From: an uncultured bacterium
GTDB lineage: Bacteria > Lernaellota > Lernaellaia > Lernaellales > Lernaellaceae
DNA: 64,000 nucleotides
Assembly (NCBI GenBank): GCA_964511015.1
Contig: CAZEDX010000014.1
Location: 10,979-74,978 of the forward strand
Reading direction: 5' to 3'
Below are positions 37,624-48,423 of the stretch, piece after piece; within the stretch, counting starts at the first letter, position 1, and each line of letters opens with the position of its first letter. A program made the position numbers and the translations under genes. A model generated the notes under the pieces. That model was given only the letters and a program-made list of their open reading frames with translations. It was not told the DNA's origin and made no database searches.

Positions 37624-38160
37624 GTGACTCTCTACTACGCGCTCGATCTGATGATTGGTTTCGGCGCGCCGCTGGCCGTGTACGCACTCTGGCGTCGCGG
37701 TTACATCGATCCGCGGCTGTGGCGAATGTTCTGGTTCGGCTGCTTCCTCGGTCTGTTCTGGGAAGTGCCGGTCTTCGTGCTGAGCAAACACGGGTCGGTT
37801 CCGTTCATCACCTGGGAGCGACCGCTGCCGGCGCACTACCTCGTTTTTCTCGTCGCGCACACGTTGTGGGACGGCGGGCTGTTCGTCGTCGGCGTGTGGC
37901 TGGTGAAACTCCTATGCCCGGCGCCGGCGCTAACGCGTTTCCGTTGGGACGAGTTGGCGGTGCTGGTGGCATGGGGGCAGGTGTCGTCGGTCGGCGTGGA
38001 GGTATCCAGCGTGTGGAACGATGCCTGGGTATACGTTGCGGGCTACTGGTGGAACCCGACGCTGGCCACGCTCAACGGCCACCCGCTTACCTTGTGGCCG
38101 CAAATCCCCTGGCTGGTGGCGCCGGTCGTGTTCTACCTGGTGTTCGTCCGCCGCCGGTAA
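37624..38160 (+). CDS. Hypothetical polytopic membrane protein
   Basis: GTG start with GGAGG 7 nt upstream. 5-6 TM helices. Trp-rich. Confidence 0.5.
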   Translation: MTLYYALDLMIGFGAPLAVYALWRRGYIDPRLWRMFWFGCFLGLFWEVPVFVLSKHGSVPFITWERPLPAHYLVFLVAHTLWDGGLFVVGVWLVKLLCPAPALTRFRWDELAVLVAWGQVSSVGVEVSSVWNDAWVYVAGYWWNPTLATLNGHPLTLWPQIPWLVAPVVFYLVFVRRR

Positions 38161-38192
38161 AAAAGGGGCCCGGGGCGGCGCGACCCGGGCCC
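38158..38192. terminator. Hairpin GGGCCCGGG-N9-CCCGGGCCC with an A/T run; terminator for the minus-strand gene, possibly bidirectional
   Basis: Perfect 9-bp GC stem. Preceded on + by AAAAAA, which is a T-run on the minus strand after the hairpin. Confidence 0.6.
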
Positions 38193-38212
38193 TGGTGCGA
38201 TGGCTGCGTCAA

Positions 38213-40249
38213 CTAGCAGCCGCACCCACCACTATCGTCATCGTCGTCACCAGCCGCGTCATCGTCATCCGCGTCGGTGTCGTCGTCTGCGCTGTCGTCG
38301 TCTGTCGCCTCGCCCGCCTGCAGATACTCGATCACGTTGACGAGTAGGCGTTGCGCCGGCATGGAATAGGCGTCGGGCGCCTGGACGCCGAAGGCCCACA
38401 GGGCGTACTTCCCGTCTTGGATCGCCAGCGGATAGTGACTCAGATAGGTCAGGTCGCGGCCCAGGAATTCCACGCCTGCCGGCGAACTGGCGTCGTCGTG
38501 CAACCCGAGATACGCGGCCGCCGCGGCCAGCACGTCGAAATCGCTGCCGTCGAGACCCAATTCAAACGGGTCATGCCACACCGCATGATCCAGCGACTGC
38601 GGCGCAAACCCTACGGCCGGATCCAGCTCCAAGCAGTTCTCCGCCGACAGGTACTGCTCGGTGTAGTCGAACACGTGCACGCCGCCGTTGTTGGCAACGA
38701 TCGGTTTGCCGGAGTTGATCAACAGCTTGGCTTTGTCTTCGGTCCACGCCTCCGCGCCGGCGTTGTCGTCGACCATGAACAGCTCGTATTTCGCCAGATC
38801 GGCTTTGCCGCCGAGCGCGCCGATCTCCAGCAAATCCACCGTATAGCCGACGCTGGCCAGGAACTGCTGGAACAGCAGCGCCTGCACATCGTCGCCGGCG
38901 TACACGTAGCCGATGTCCACCGGCTCGCTCTGCACGTATTCGATCAGGTTGACCAACAGGCGCTGGCCGGCGGAGGTGTACATCGACGGACCCATCACCG
39001 CGTAGGCCCATACGGCGTAGTGGATGTTTTCAACCGCCACCGCGTAGTAGTCGGTGTAGCTCTCGCACTGACCGAGGAACTGCACGCCGGCCGGATTCGA
39101 GCCGTCGTTCTGCAGACCCCGAATCGTCATCGGCGAGATGAGCATGGGGAGCGGACCGCCGTTATCGGACTGGTCGACCTCATACGGCTCGTGCCAGATC
39201 GGGTGCGCATCGGCCGCCGGTTCCACTGCCTGCTGGTCGACGACGCCGGCAAAGTGATTCGCGCCGAGGTAGCCGTCGGCGTACGCCAGCAACGACAGGC
39301 CGTCGCCGTCGCCGATGATCGGCTTGCCGGTGTTGAGCACGAGCGCAGCGCGCTCCGCCGTCCAGTCCAGCGTGGTGTCGCTGTCCATAAAGAACACTTC
39401 GATTTCCGCCAGGTCGGGCGCGGCGTCGAGTTCGGCGATTTGCAGCAGTGACACGCGGTAGCCTTCGCCATTGAGAAAGAGGGCGAAGTCTTCCGCGCGC
39501 GAAAGGTTGACGCTGTAGACGTAGGCGATGTCGGTTTCCTCGTCGCCCGTGTCGTCGTCAGCCGCGTCATCGTCGGCCGCGTCATCGTCGGCCGCGTCAT
39601 CGTCGGTCACATCATCATCCGCCGTATCGTCGTCGGCGGTGTCGTCGTCGATCACGTCGTCGTCGATGGAATCGTCGTCGATCACGTCGTCGTCGACCGA
39701 GTCGTCATCCACCAGCGGTGACGCCTCCACCGTCACATCGTCGACGCCCCAGCTCGAAGCCAGCGCGCCGCCGTAGTATGAGAAATAGAAACGGATGCGC
39801 ACGTCGGGCTCGCCGTCCGCCTGCGGAATGGCGATGGTCTGGATCTCGCCGGTCACCGTGCCGTCGGTGGTGTAGACCGGCTGCCAGGTTTCGCCGCCGT
39901 CCAGCGAGATGCTCGCCTGGCCCATGCTGATGGCGCCGGTCTGGGTGAAGTAGTGGTTGAACGACAGCTCCGCGCCGGTGTAGCCGGTCAGATCGATCGC
40001 GTCGGATTCGATTGCCGCGTTCCATACCGGCAGGACACAGCCGGAGCGAACGACTTCGGCGTATTGATCGTCACCGAAATAGGCAATCAGGGCGCTGGCC
40101 GTACCAGGCGTGTGCCACTTGCAGGATGAGGTTTGAAAACCGGTGAATTGCCCCGCGCCGTCAGAGAAATTTTCGAGAAAAACGGTTTCCGCGGAAGCCG
40201 AAATGGCAGTAACCAGGATGACAATCAGGGCGAACCACAGATTTCTCAT
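38213..40249 (-). CDS. Secreted protein with an internally duplicated domain, an internal poly-Asp linker, and a C-terminal poly-Asp + GCGC tail
   Basis: Signal peptide MRNLWFALIVILVTAISASA. Central DDDSVDDDVIDDDSIDDDVIDDDTADDD... separates an N-terminal domain from two homologous domains (SGKPIIGDGDG... / SGKPIVANNGG...). Tail ...DDDDAAGDDDDDSGGCGC then TAG. Confidence 0.7.
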   Translation of the reverse strand: MRNLWFALIVILVTAISASAETVFLENFSDGAGQFTGFQTSSCKWHTPGTASALIAYFGDDQYAEVVRSGCVLPVWNAAIESDAIDLTGYTGAELSFNHYFTQTGAISMGQASISLDGGETWQPVYTTDGTVTGEIQTIAIPQADGEPDVRIRFYFSYYGGALASSWGVDDVTVEASPLVDDDSVDDDVIDDDSIDDDVIDDDTADDDTADDDVTDDDAADDDAADDDAADDDTGDEETDIAYVYSVNLSRAEDFALFLNGEGYRVSLLQIAELDAAPDLAEIEVFFMDSDTTLDWTAERAALVLNTGKPIIGDGDGLSLLAYADGYLGANHFAGVVDQQAVEPAADAHPIWHEPYEVDQSDNGGPLPMLISPMTIRGLQNDGSNPAGVQFLGQCESYTDYYAVAVENIHYAVWAYAVMGPSMYTSAGQRLLVNLIEYVQSEPVDIGYVYAGDDVQALLFQQFLASVGYTVDLLEIGALGGKADLAKYELFMVDDNAGAEAWTEDKAKLLINSGKPIVANNGGVHVFDYTEQYLSAENCLELDPAVGFAPQSLDHAVWHDPFELGLDGSDFDVLAAAAAYLGLHDDASSPAGVEFLGRDLTYLSHYPLAIQDGKYALWAFGVQAPDAYSMPAQRLLVNVIEYLQAGEATDDDSADDDTDADDDDAAGDDDDDSGGCGC
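39541..39720 (-). repeat. 15-bp tandem codon repeats encoding (DDDxx)n internal linker
   Basis: e.g. GCCGCGTCATCGTCG x3 followed by related units. Confidence 0.85.
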
Positions 40250-40655
40250 TTCTCGTTCCCTCCTTCTCGGTAGTGACGGGACCCGCCACCAGCCGACCCG
40301 ACTCGAAGGGAACCAGTACCCGGCGGTGGTTTTTGCATCTGGCGTGCCGTTCGATCTTGCTTAGTCATTTCGTGAAGTTACAAAAAATCAGTTTCCGTGG
40401 CGGAATCAAAATTCTCACCATTGGTCTCAGAATTTTGTAATAAATAGAAGATTTCGATCCAAAAGTGGCATGTGTCGAATCGGGTTTGAGCGGCTCCGGT
40501 CAGGTGTGAAAAAGCACCGTCACGCCAAGAACCTTGTCCTAATGCAGAAAAATTTTTGGTATAATGCACCTTATTTCAGAATTGAAAACCGACGGTCGGA
40601 TAAAAGGTCTGGGCTCGTTTGGGCCTTACCAACACGGCAACACGGGGGAGGAAAC

Positions 40656-41450
40656 ATGAGTCAAGAGTTGCTGAAGAGACTGGTACTGCTGGTCGCGGTA
40701 CTGGCGGCCTGCGCGCTGGTGGTGGGTTGCGGGGGAGATGACGACGACAATGACGACAGCACAGCCGATGACGACGCGGGCGACGACGACGCGGGCGACG
40801 ATGATGATGATATCGTCGATGACGACGACAATGTCGACGATGATGCCGATGACGACGCCGACGACGACGCGGATGACGATGCCGATGATGACGATTCGCA
40901 TGGGGACGGCGACCAGGCGACCAACGGCGGGTTCGAAACCGGCGATACCACCGGCTGGGATGGCGAATGGCCGTGGGACCAGTTGGTCTATTCCGCCGAC
41001 CCTGGCGACGACGACTCAACGCCCGACGACGACAGCGAATGGTACGTCACGCCGCACACCGGCAACTACGCCGCGTGGTTCGGCCAGACCTTCCAGGAAG
41101 GCACCGCGTGGCTGGGCCAAACGTTCGACGTGCCGGACAACCTGATGGCGGGCACGGTTGGGTTCTGGTACTACATGTCGAAGTTCGGCAACTGCCAGTT
41201 TACCTTCAACGCGACGCTGGTGGATGCCAATGACACCGACCTGGTGCTGGCCAACCTCGGCGCGTGGACAGAAGCCGATGCGGCGTTCATTGCCCACTAC
41301 CAGGAATTGAGCTATCCCCTGTCGGGGACGGAGATTGCCGACCTGGCCGGCCGGGACACGATGTTGCGCTTCGACTGGGCCGGCTCCGGTGCGCTCATCA
41401 GTGCGTGCTACATCTACCTGGACGACGTGACTTTCAACATGACTTGGTAA
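40656..41450 (+). CDS. Lipoprotein with poly-Asp tether and C-terminal domain of unknown function
   Basis: Start at MSQELLKRLVLLVAVLAACALVVGCGGDDDD with GGAGG RBS. About 70 aa of D-rich linker. Confidence 0.65.
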   Translation: MSQELLKRLVLLVAVLAACALVVGCGGDDDDNDDSTADDDAGDDDAGDDDDDIVDDDDNVDDDADDDADDDADDDADDDDSHGDGDQATNGGFETGDTTGWDGEWPWDQLVYSADPGDDDSTPDDDSEWYVTPHTGNYAAWFGQTFQEGTAWLGQTFDVPDNLMAGTVGFWYYMSKFGNCQFTFNATLVDANDTDLVLANLGAWTEADAAFIAHYQELSYPLSGTEIADLAGRDTMLRFDWAGSGALISACYIYLDDVTFNMTW

Positions 41451-41479
41451 CGCGCGTCATTTGCAAATACACGGCAGGT

Positions 41480-41513
41480 GGGGCGGAGCGCAATCCGCCC
41501 CTATTTTTTCTTC
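41480..41513 (+). terminator. Rho-independent terminator
   Basis: GGGGCGGA-gcgcaa-TCCGCCCC followed by TATTTTTTCTT. Confidence 0.8.
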
Positions 41514-41565
41514 GGTCCAATGCGCTTGTCGATTCTGCCCATCCGTGCGATAGTCCGTAGCTGGA

Positions 41566-43407
41566 GTGGGGCTGGTCGTCAGGGAACGGTCGTCCGTGAA
41601 CAAACCCGGAGCGAATCTCGCCTGGTTTTCCCGCCGGCAGATCGGCCGTCTGATTGTCGCGCTCATGCTCGTGACGGTTGGCTTTCTGGCCGGTTTTCTG
41701 TATTGGCAATCCGGTGACATCGCCGGGCCGTCCACCTTGAAGAATTTTCCGCTCGGTGACCTCGGCGATATGACCGCTTTGGTGCGTCGACGCTTTCTAA
41801 AAAACAAAATGACTCCCATCACGCCGGAGATGGCCGATCGTCAACAGGCGCTGTGGGAACGCTTTCGTAAAGACCTGTTCTTCGATCCGCCGCCGACCGT
41901 CCCGTCACCTTCCGGCTATGGCCCTGGGGATCCGATGCAAGCGCGCGTGGTGGTGCTCGGCTTGGACGGCGCGACCTGGAAAGTACTAAACGCGTTGTTG
42001 GCGGCGGATTTGATGCCGAACCTCGAACGCTTTCTCGTCGATTCCAGCTTCGGCCTGTTGCAGACGGACGAAGCCTACTCGCCGATTTCCTGGACCACTA
42101 TTGCGACCGGCAAGCTAGTGAACAAGACGTTGCACTACCAGAATCGCGGCGATGTCTGGGGCTATCAGTCGTCTGCCGTATTGGCCAAGCGATGGTGGGA
42201 GATCCTGGGTGCGCGCGACGGCGGCGACGTCGCGCTGGTGGACTACTACTACACCCCCTCGGCCGCCGAACTGCCGAAGGCGGAGTTGTACCAGATGGAT
42301 CCGCCGGTGGTGCATCCGGACAATCTGTTGGCGGGGGTGGCCAACTCGGATCTGCAGGTGCGGATTCCCATCGTTCTTACCGAGAAGATCTTGCGGGAGG
42401 GACGTCGGCGGTACATTGCGACCATCATTCGCGAAACCGACAGCGAGCAACACGAGTGCCTGCCGTTTTTCTACCTCGACTACGTCCCGCGTTTCCGGCG
42501 GTTGCGCATTCTCGACCATGCCCTGGTTGATGCCTTCCGCGCTGACGTCGAACAAATGGTACAGACCTATCAGGCCATCGACCGCCTGATCGGTTTGCTG
42601 AGGCAGTACTACAGCCGCGACTATGTGTTCATCGTTTCCGACCACGGGTTCCGCGCCGATGTGCCGCGAGTCCTCATCGAGCCGACCGACGAACTATGGC
42701 AGGCGGCCGGCTTTACCGCGACGAACGTCCAACCGAATGGCGTGGCGACCTGGATGGCGGGTGACGAACCGTTTGAGGTGCGCTGGTTCGAGGAAGAGTG
42801 GGGTACGCCGCTCTTCCGTTGGCGCGAAAACGAACGGGACATAGTCTACTACACCGTCGCCTCCCGGCGCTACACGTTCCGCTCGCTTCGCGGTGACCCG
42901 GACGTCGCGAAAACCCTCTACCACCGGCTGTTGACGGCGACCTTCAAGTGGAACAGCGCGGGATTGAGTCTGTTCGATATCGGCCAACGTGGCGATCAGG
43001 TCGCGCTGCGACTGTCGCCGGAAACCATTTCGCTGGCGCGCCTGTTCACCGGCAGCGAGGTGCAAGGGCCGTTGCGGCTGCGCCAGGTCGGCAATCATCA
43101 TGAAAAGGACGACCCGGGCGTGATCATCATGCGTGGCCCGGGCATCGCTTTGGACGGCCAAGTGCCGTCCACCGCCACCGTGGCCGACATCGTGCCGACC
43201 TTGCTCTACTTGAAAAACTATCCGGTCGGGGCCGACATGGACGGGCGGGTGCTGCAGAGTGTCATCAATCCGGCCTGGCTGGCTTCCCGACCGGTGCGTA
43301 CCATTCACACCCACGACGACGATGCATTTCTGGCCACCCGGGTCATTCGGTCTGTTCCTCTGTCTGCGGAAATGTTGCAGCGCCTGCGAACGCTCGGCTA
43401 TCTCTGA
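41566..43407 (+). CDS. Alkaline-phosphatase-superfamily protein (type I phosphodiesterase / nucleotide pyrophosphatase-like), membrane-anchored
   Basis: N-terminal TM anchor. VVVLGLDGATWKVL metal-site block and FIVSDHGF block. Confidence 0.65.
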   Translation: MGLVVRERSSVNKPGANLAWFSRRQIGRLIVALMLVTVGFLAGFLYWQSGDIAGPSTLKNFPLGDLGDMTALVRRRFLKNKMTPITPEMADRQQALWERFRKDLFFDPPPTVPSPSGYGPGDPMQARVVVLGLDGATWKVLNALLAADLMPNLERFLVDSSFGLLQTDEAYSPISWTTIATGKLVNKTLHYQNRGDVWGYQSSAVLAKRWWEILGARDGGDVALVDYYYTPSAAELPKAELYQMDPPVVHPDNLLAGVANSDLQVRIPIVLTEKILREGRRRYIATIIRETDSEQHECLPFFYLDYVPRFRRLRILDHALVDAFRADVEQMVQTYQAIDRLIGLLRQYYSRDYVFIVSDHGFRADVPRVLIEPTDELWQAAGFTATNVQPNGVATWMAGDEPFEVRWFEEEWGTPLFRWRENERDIVYYTVASRRYTFRSLRGDPDVAKTLYHRLLTATFKWNSAGLSLFDIGQRGDQVALRLSPETISLARLFTGSEVQGPLRLRQVGNHHEKDDPGVIIMRGPGIALDGQVPSTATVADIVPTLLYLKNYPVGADMDGRVLQSVINPAWLASRPVRTIHTHDDDAFLATRVIRSVPLSAEMLQRLRTLGYL

Positions 43408-43437
43408 TTTGGCTTTGCCCGACGGGCGGATTCGCGG

Positions 43438-43866
43438 CTAGGCCAATCCCTCGACCAATTGATCGTCCCACGCTTGTGCGCCTTCGCCGCGCCGGCAAAT
43501 CGCGCGGCGGTTGGCGAAATCGACCACGGCCTGAAAAGCACCGTGATAGAAGAGCCCGGCCTTCTTCAGCCGGCGGTGCCAGACCAGCACGGCCGGTTCA
43601 CCGGCGAAGAGTTGGCCGCGGCTGTTGCGATCATACAAGTGCAAGGATTGGAAGACATAGGTGTGCGTCTCGTTGGTGACATGGAGATACGCCGACTGGC
43701 CGTCATCATCCAACACCAGACCGCACCCGGTGCCCGGCAGCGGAAAGCGGTAGACGTTCGGGCCGGAGAAGTCCAACACCTGGACGGTGATTTGAGCTTC
43801 GGGCTGCAGCGCGCAACCCACATGAACATCGCGATCCGTGGCACTAGTCATGTCGGTTGTTTGCAT
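43438..43866 (-). CDS. Hypothetical protein
   Basis: Start at MQTTDMTSA with AAGGAGG RBS. 142 aa. Downstream of glnN. Confidence 0.5.
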   Translation of the reverse strand: MQTTDMTSATDRDVHVGCALQPEAQITVQVLDFSGPNVYRFPLPGTGCGLVLDDDGQSAYLHVTNETHTYVFQSLHLYDRNSRGQLFAGEPAVLVWHRRLKKAGLFYHGAFQAVVDFANRRAICRRGEGAQAWDDQLVEGLA

Positions 43867-43889
43867 GTGGCCTCCTTGGTGTGCGGCAC

Positions 43890-46013
<2,124 letters not shown>

Positions 46014-46069
46014 TTTTTTGCTCCCTCTTCAGGGTCGTTGTTGGTAAGTCAATACCACAAAGTTGACCT

Positions 46070-46121
46070 TTGCACAAGCAAAAGGTGAAAAATGTGAAAA
46101 TTCACCACTTCGACAGTGCAA
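46070..46121. promoter_or_regulatory. Nested dyad symmetry TTGCAC-N8-GGTGAA-N11-TTCACC-N9-GTGCAA upstream of glnN
   Basis: 52-bp symmetric element in an AT-rich 300-bp intergenic region, ~60-110 bp upstream of the glnN start. The half-sites resemble NtrC-type TGCAC sites. Confidence 0.4.
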
Positions 46122-46267
46122 AAAATTACGAAATCTAAGTTTTATGCATACGAGAATGCGTCCAAAAACGAAATATTGCGTTACGACGACGGAAAAGCAA
46201 TATAGAATTCACCAAGATTGCCCAATATTGGAACATTCGTCCGGGAAGAGGGTATTTGAAATGCAAC

Positions 46268-46287
46268 GGGCCCGGAAAACCGGGCCC
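46268..46287 (-). terminator. Putative terminator hairpin GGGCCCGG-aaaa-CCGGGCCC after gene 46309-48423
   Basis: Perfect 8-bp GC stem 20 bp past the stop. The downstream T-content is only moderate. Confidence 0.4.
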
Positions 46288-46308
46288 GCAGACGATGTGA
46301 TTACCCTT

Positions 46309-48423
46309 TTAATTGGCAGCCGCAGCAGGTGTCGCGGGGCCTAGTAGAACGACGGCTTCCGCCGCTTCGCGCCGCGCCTTCAACAGTGCCCGAAACGCGA
46401 CAAAACCCGACGCCGGCATCGTCGTGCTGGTGTACTCCGTTATGTCTTCAAAGGTCAGGGTGTTGCCTTCGAGTTTCCATGCCGCGCGGTAGCGGCACCA
46501 GGGGCTGTCGGCGCTGGTCGGCGGCGGCAGGGATTCGACCTTCATCGACGCCGGCAGATGGAAGCGGTAGGTGTTCTTCACCTGGTGCAATCCCGACCGT
46601 TCGAAGGGGTAGAGTCGTTCCGGATTTACCTCGGCCAGATCGCCGAAACGTAGGTCGAACAGCCGGATGATGGAATACGTCCCGCCCGAGCCTACGGCCA
46701 GCATCGGCGTTTCCGAAACGCGGTGCAAGATGACCGGGTCGCGCAACTCGTTTATGCCGTCGACGCGGAATTCCATCAGCCGGTTGCGAAATGCGAACGA
46801 ACGCACCGCGCGGGTCATGCGGTCGCGTATCTGTTCGGCTTCCAGATGGCGATAGCCGCGGTACGGGGTCGCAAAGCCGCCGACGAGACGATGCTCCTCG
46901 GTGATGCGGGCGCCGCCGTCAGGTTGAAGTTGAATGTCATACACGTAGTCGGCCGCGTTGGCCGAAGCGGGCAATGCCGGCGTCCGCTGCAGCCGGCCGC
47001 TGTCAAGATCGACGTAGAACGAATCGTTTTCGGCGACATCGAGCATGCCGAAGATGCGGTTGCTGTCACCCAACGACGCGAATACCGGTTCCGCCCCAGG
47101 CAGGTCGAAGCGCAACATGGGCGTGTCGGCCAAACCCAACGTGGGAATCTGCTCCACCGGAAGATGGCTGATCCGGCTCGACAACAGTCCGAGGTGAACC
47201 GGCAGCCCAACGGCCTTGGCCAGCGCATAGAGCAATACCGTGCGATCCAACTGATTGCCGTGCCGATCGGCCAGGGTGGATGCCGGCGGCTTGGGCAGGC
47301 CGTCACGGTCCCACATGCTGACTTCGCCGTCGCGCACCTCGCGCAGCACGAAGGCATACAACGCCGCCGCAGCTTCGGCCCCTTGCCGGCCTTCGGTCAA
47401 TTTCTTGGCTTGCGCCTCCACGGCGGGGTCGTCCGCCAACCGCGGCGTCAACGCCTGACGGTAGTTCGCAGCCAATGTGCCCCAGTCGACCTTCCGGCCC
47501 ACGGCGAACATTGGCGCGACTTCCGACCAGGGCACCATCATCGGTTCCGACAGCAACTGCGGCAGCGCCGTCGCCTGGTACATCAACGTGCGGCGGCCGG
47601 CGGCGGTTTCGTCGGTCTTGGTGACCTGGTCGCCGAGGTTGCGCTCCAACAACGCCAGCGGCATGCCGGCGGGCACATCGATGATCGACCGGATGACCTT
47701 GGTCGGCCCTTCGAAAGCAAACACCCGCTGCGTGTAGAGGTTCCAGAGGTCATCGACCTTGTTCTCGGCGGAAAACTGGAAATAGATGAAGCCGCCGACC
47801 TTGCCGCCCGGAATGGCGATCTGCACCAGCCGCTGCTGGCTGCCGTCGGGCCGGCCGTCGCCCAGCGCACTGTCCTTCACCGAACCGGCGGACAGAATGC
47901 TGATCGAGCCCTGAGGCGAGATCGAGTAACCGAAGTCGACCTTCGCGCGCCCCCGCAGAGCGTTGTAGGTGTAGGTGACGTTAGCGTTGTCCAGGCCGGC
48001 CTGGGTGTTGATGCGCTCGAGGCGGCGCCAGAACGTGGTGACCTTGCCGGCGTCGAGGCGGGTGACGCGTTCATCGAGCAGAATCGACGTGGGATAGCGC
48101 TGGTCGGTCGGTGTCGTGCCGGCTTGCTCGATCAGGCGCAGGACCTCGCGGTCGCGCAGATCGGCCAGGCGCGATAGCGTCGTATCGCCAACGCGCTGGC
48201 CCAGGTCGATGCGCACGACGTGGCCGGCGGGGAAGATCTTCTCCTCGCCGGAAAGAGTCACGAAGCGCACTTCGTTGAAGCCGACTTCCACCAGTCGGCC
48301 CGGCAATTCCTCACCGTTTTGCAACACCAGATTGTCCGGACAGGCCGGATCGACGCGATAGGCCGGCGTAGCGCACGCGGCCAACGTGAGCAGCAGCGCC
48401 AGCAGCAATAAACGGCGTTTCAT
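46309..48423 (-). CDS. DUF3857-type lipoprotein with degenerate (Cys-less) transglutaminase-like core
   Basis: Lipobox LLTLAAC. Paralog of the next gene, but the catalytic block is RHGNQLDRT where the paralog has YGDCTDKA. Confidence 0.55.
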   Translation of the reverse strand: MKRRLLLLALLLTLAACATPAYRVDPACPDNLVLQNGEELPGRLVEVGFNEVRFVTLSGEEKIFPAGHVVRIDLGQRVGDTTLSRLADLRDREVLRLIEQAGTTPTDQRYPTSILLDERVTRLDAGKVTTFWRRLERINTQAGLDNANVTYTYNALRGRAKVDFGYSISPQGSISILSAGSVKDSALGDGRPDGSQQRLVQIAIPGGKVGGFIYFQFSAENKVDDLWNLYTQRVFAFEGPTKVIRSIIDVPAGMPLALLERNLGDQVTKTDETAAGRRTLMYQATALPQLLSEPMMVPWSEVAPMFAVGRKVDWGTLAANYRQALTPRLADDPAVEAQAKKLTEGRQGAEAAAALYAFVLREVRDGEVSMWDRDGLPKPPASTLADRHGNQLDRTVLLYALAKAVGLPVHLGLLSSRISHLPVEQIPTLGLADTPMLRFDLPGAEPVFASLGDSNRIFGMLDVAENDSFYVDLDSGRLQRTPALPASANAADYVYDIQLQPDGGARITEEHRLVGGFATPYRGYRHLEAEQIRDRMTRAVRSFAFRNRLMEFRVDGINELRDPVILHRVSETPMLAVGSGGTYSIIRLFDLRFGDLAEVNPERLYPFERSGLHQVKNTYRFHLPASMKVESLPPPTSADSPWCRYRAAWKLEGNTLTFEDITEYTSTTMPASGFVAFRALLKARREAAEAVVLLGPATPAAAAN

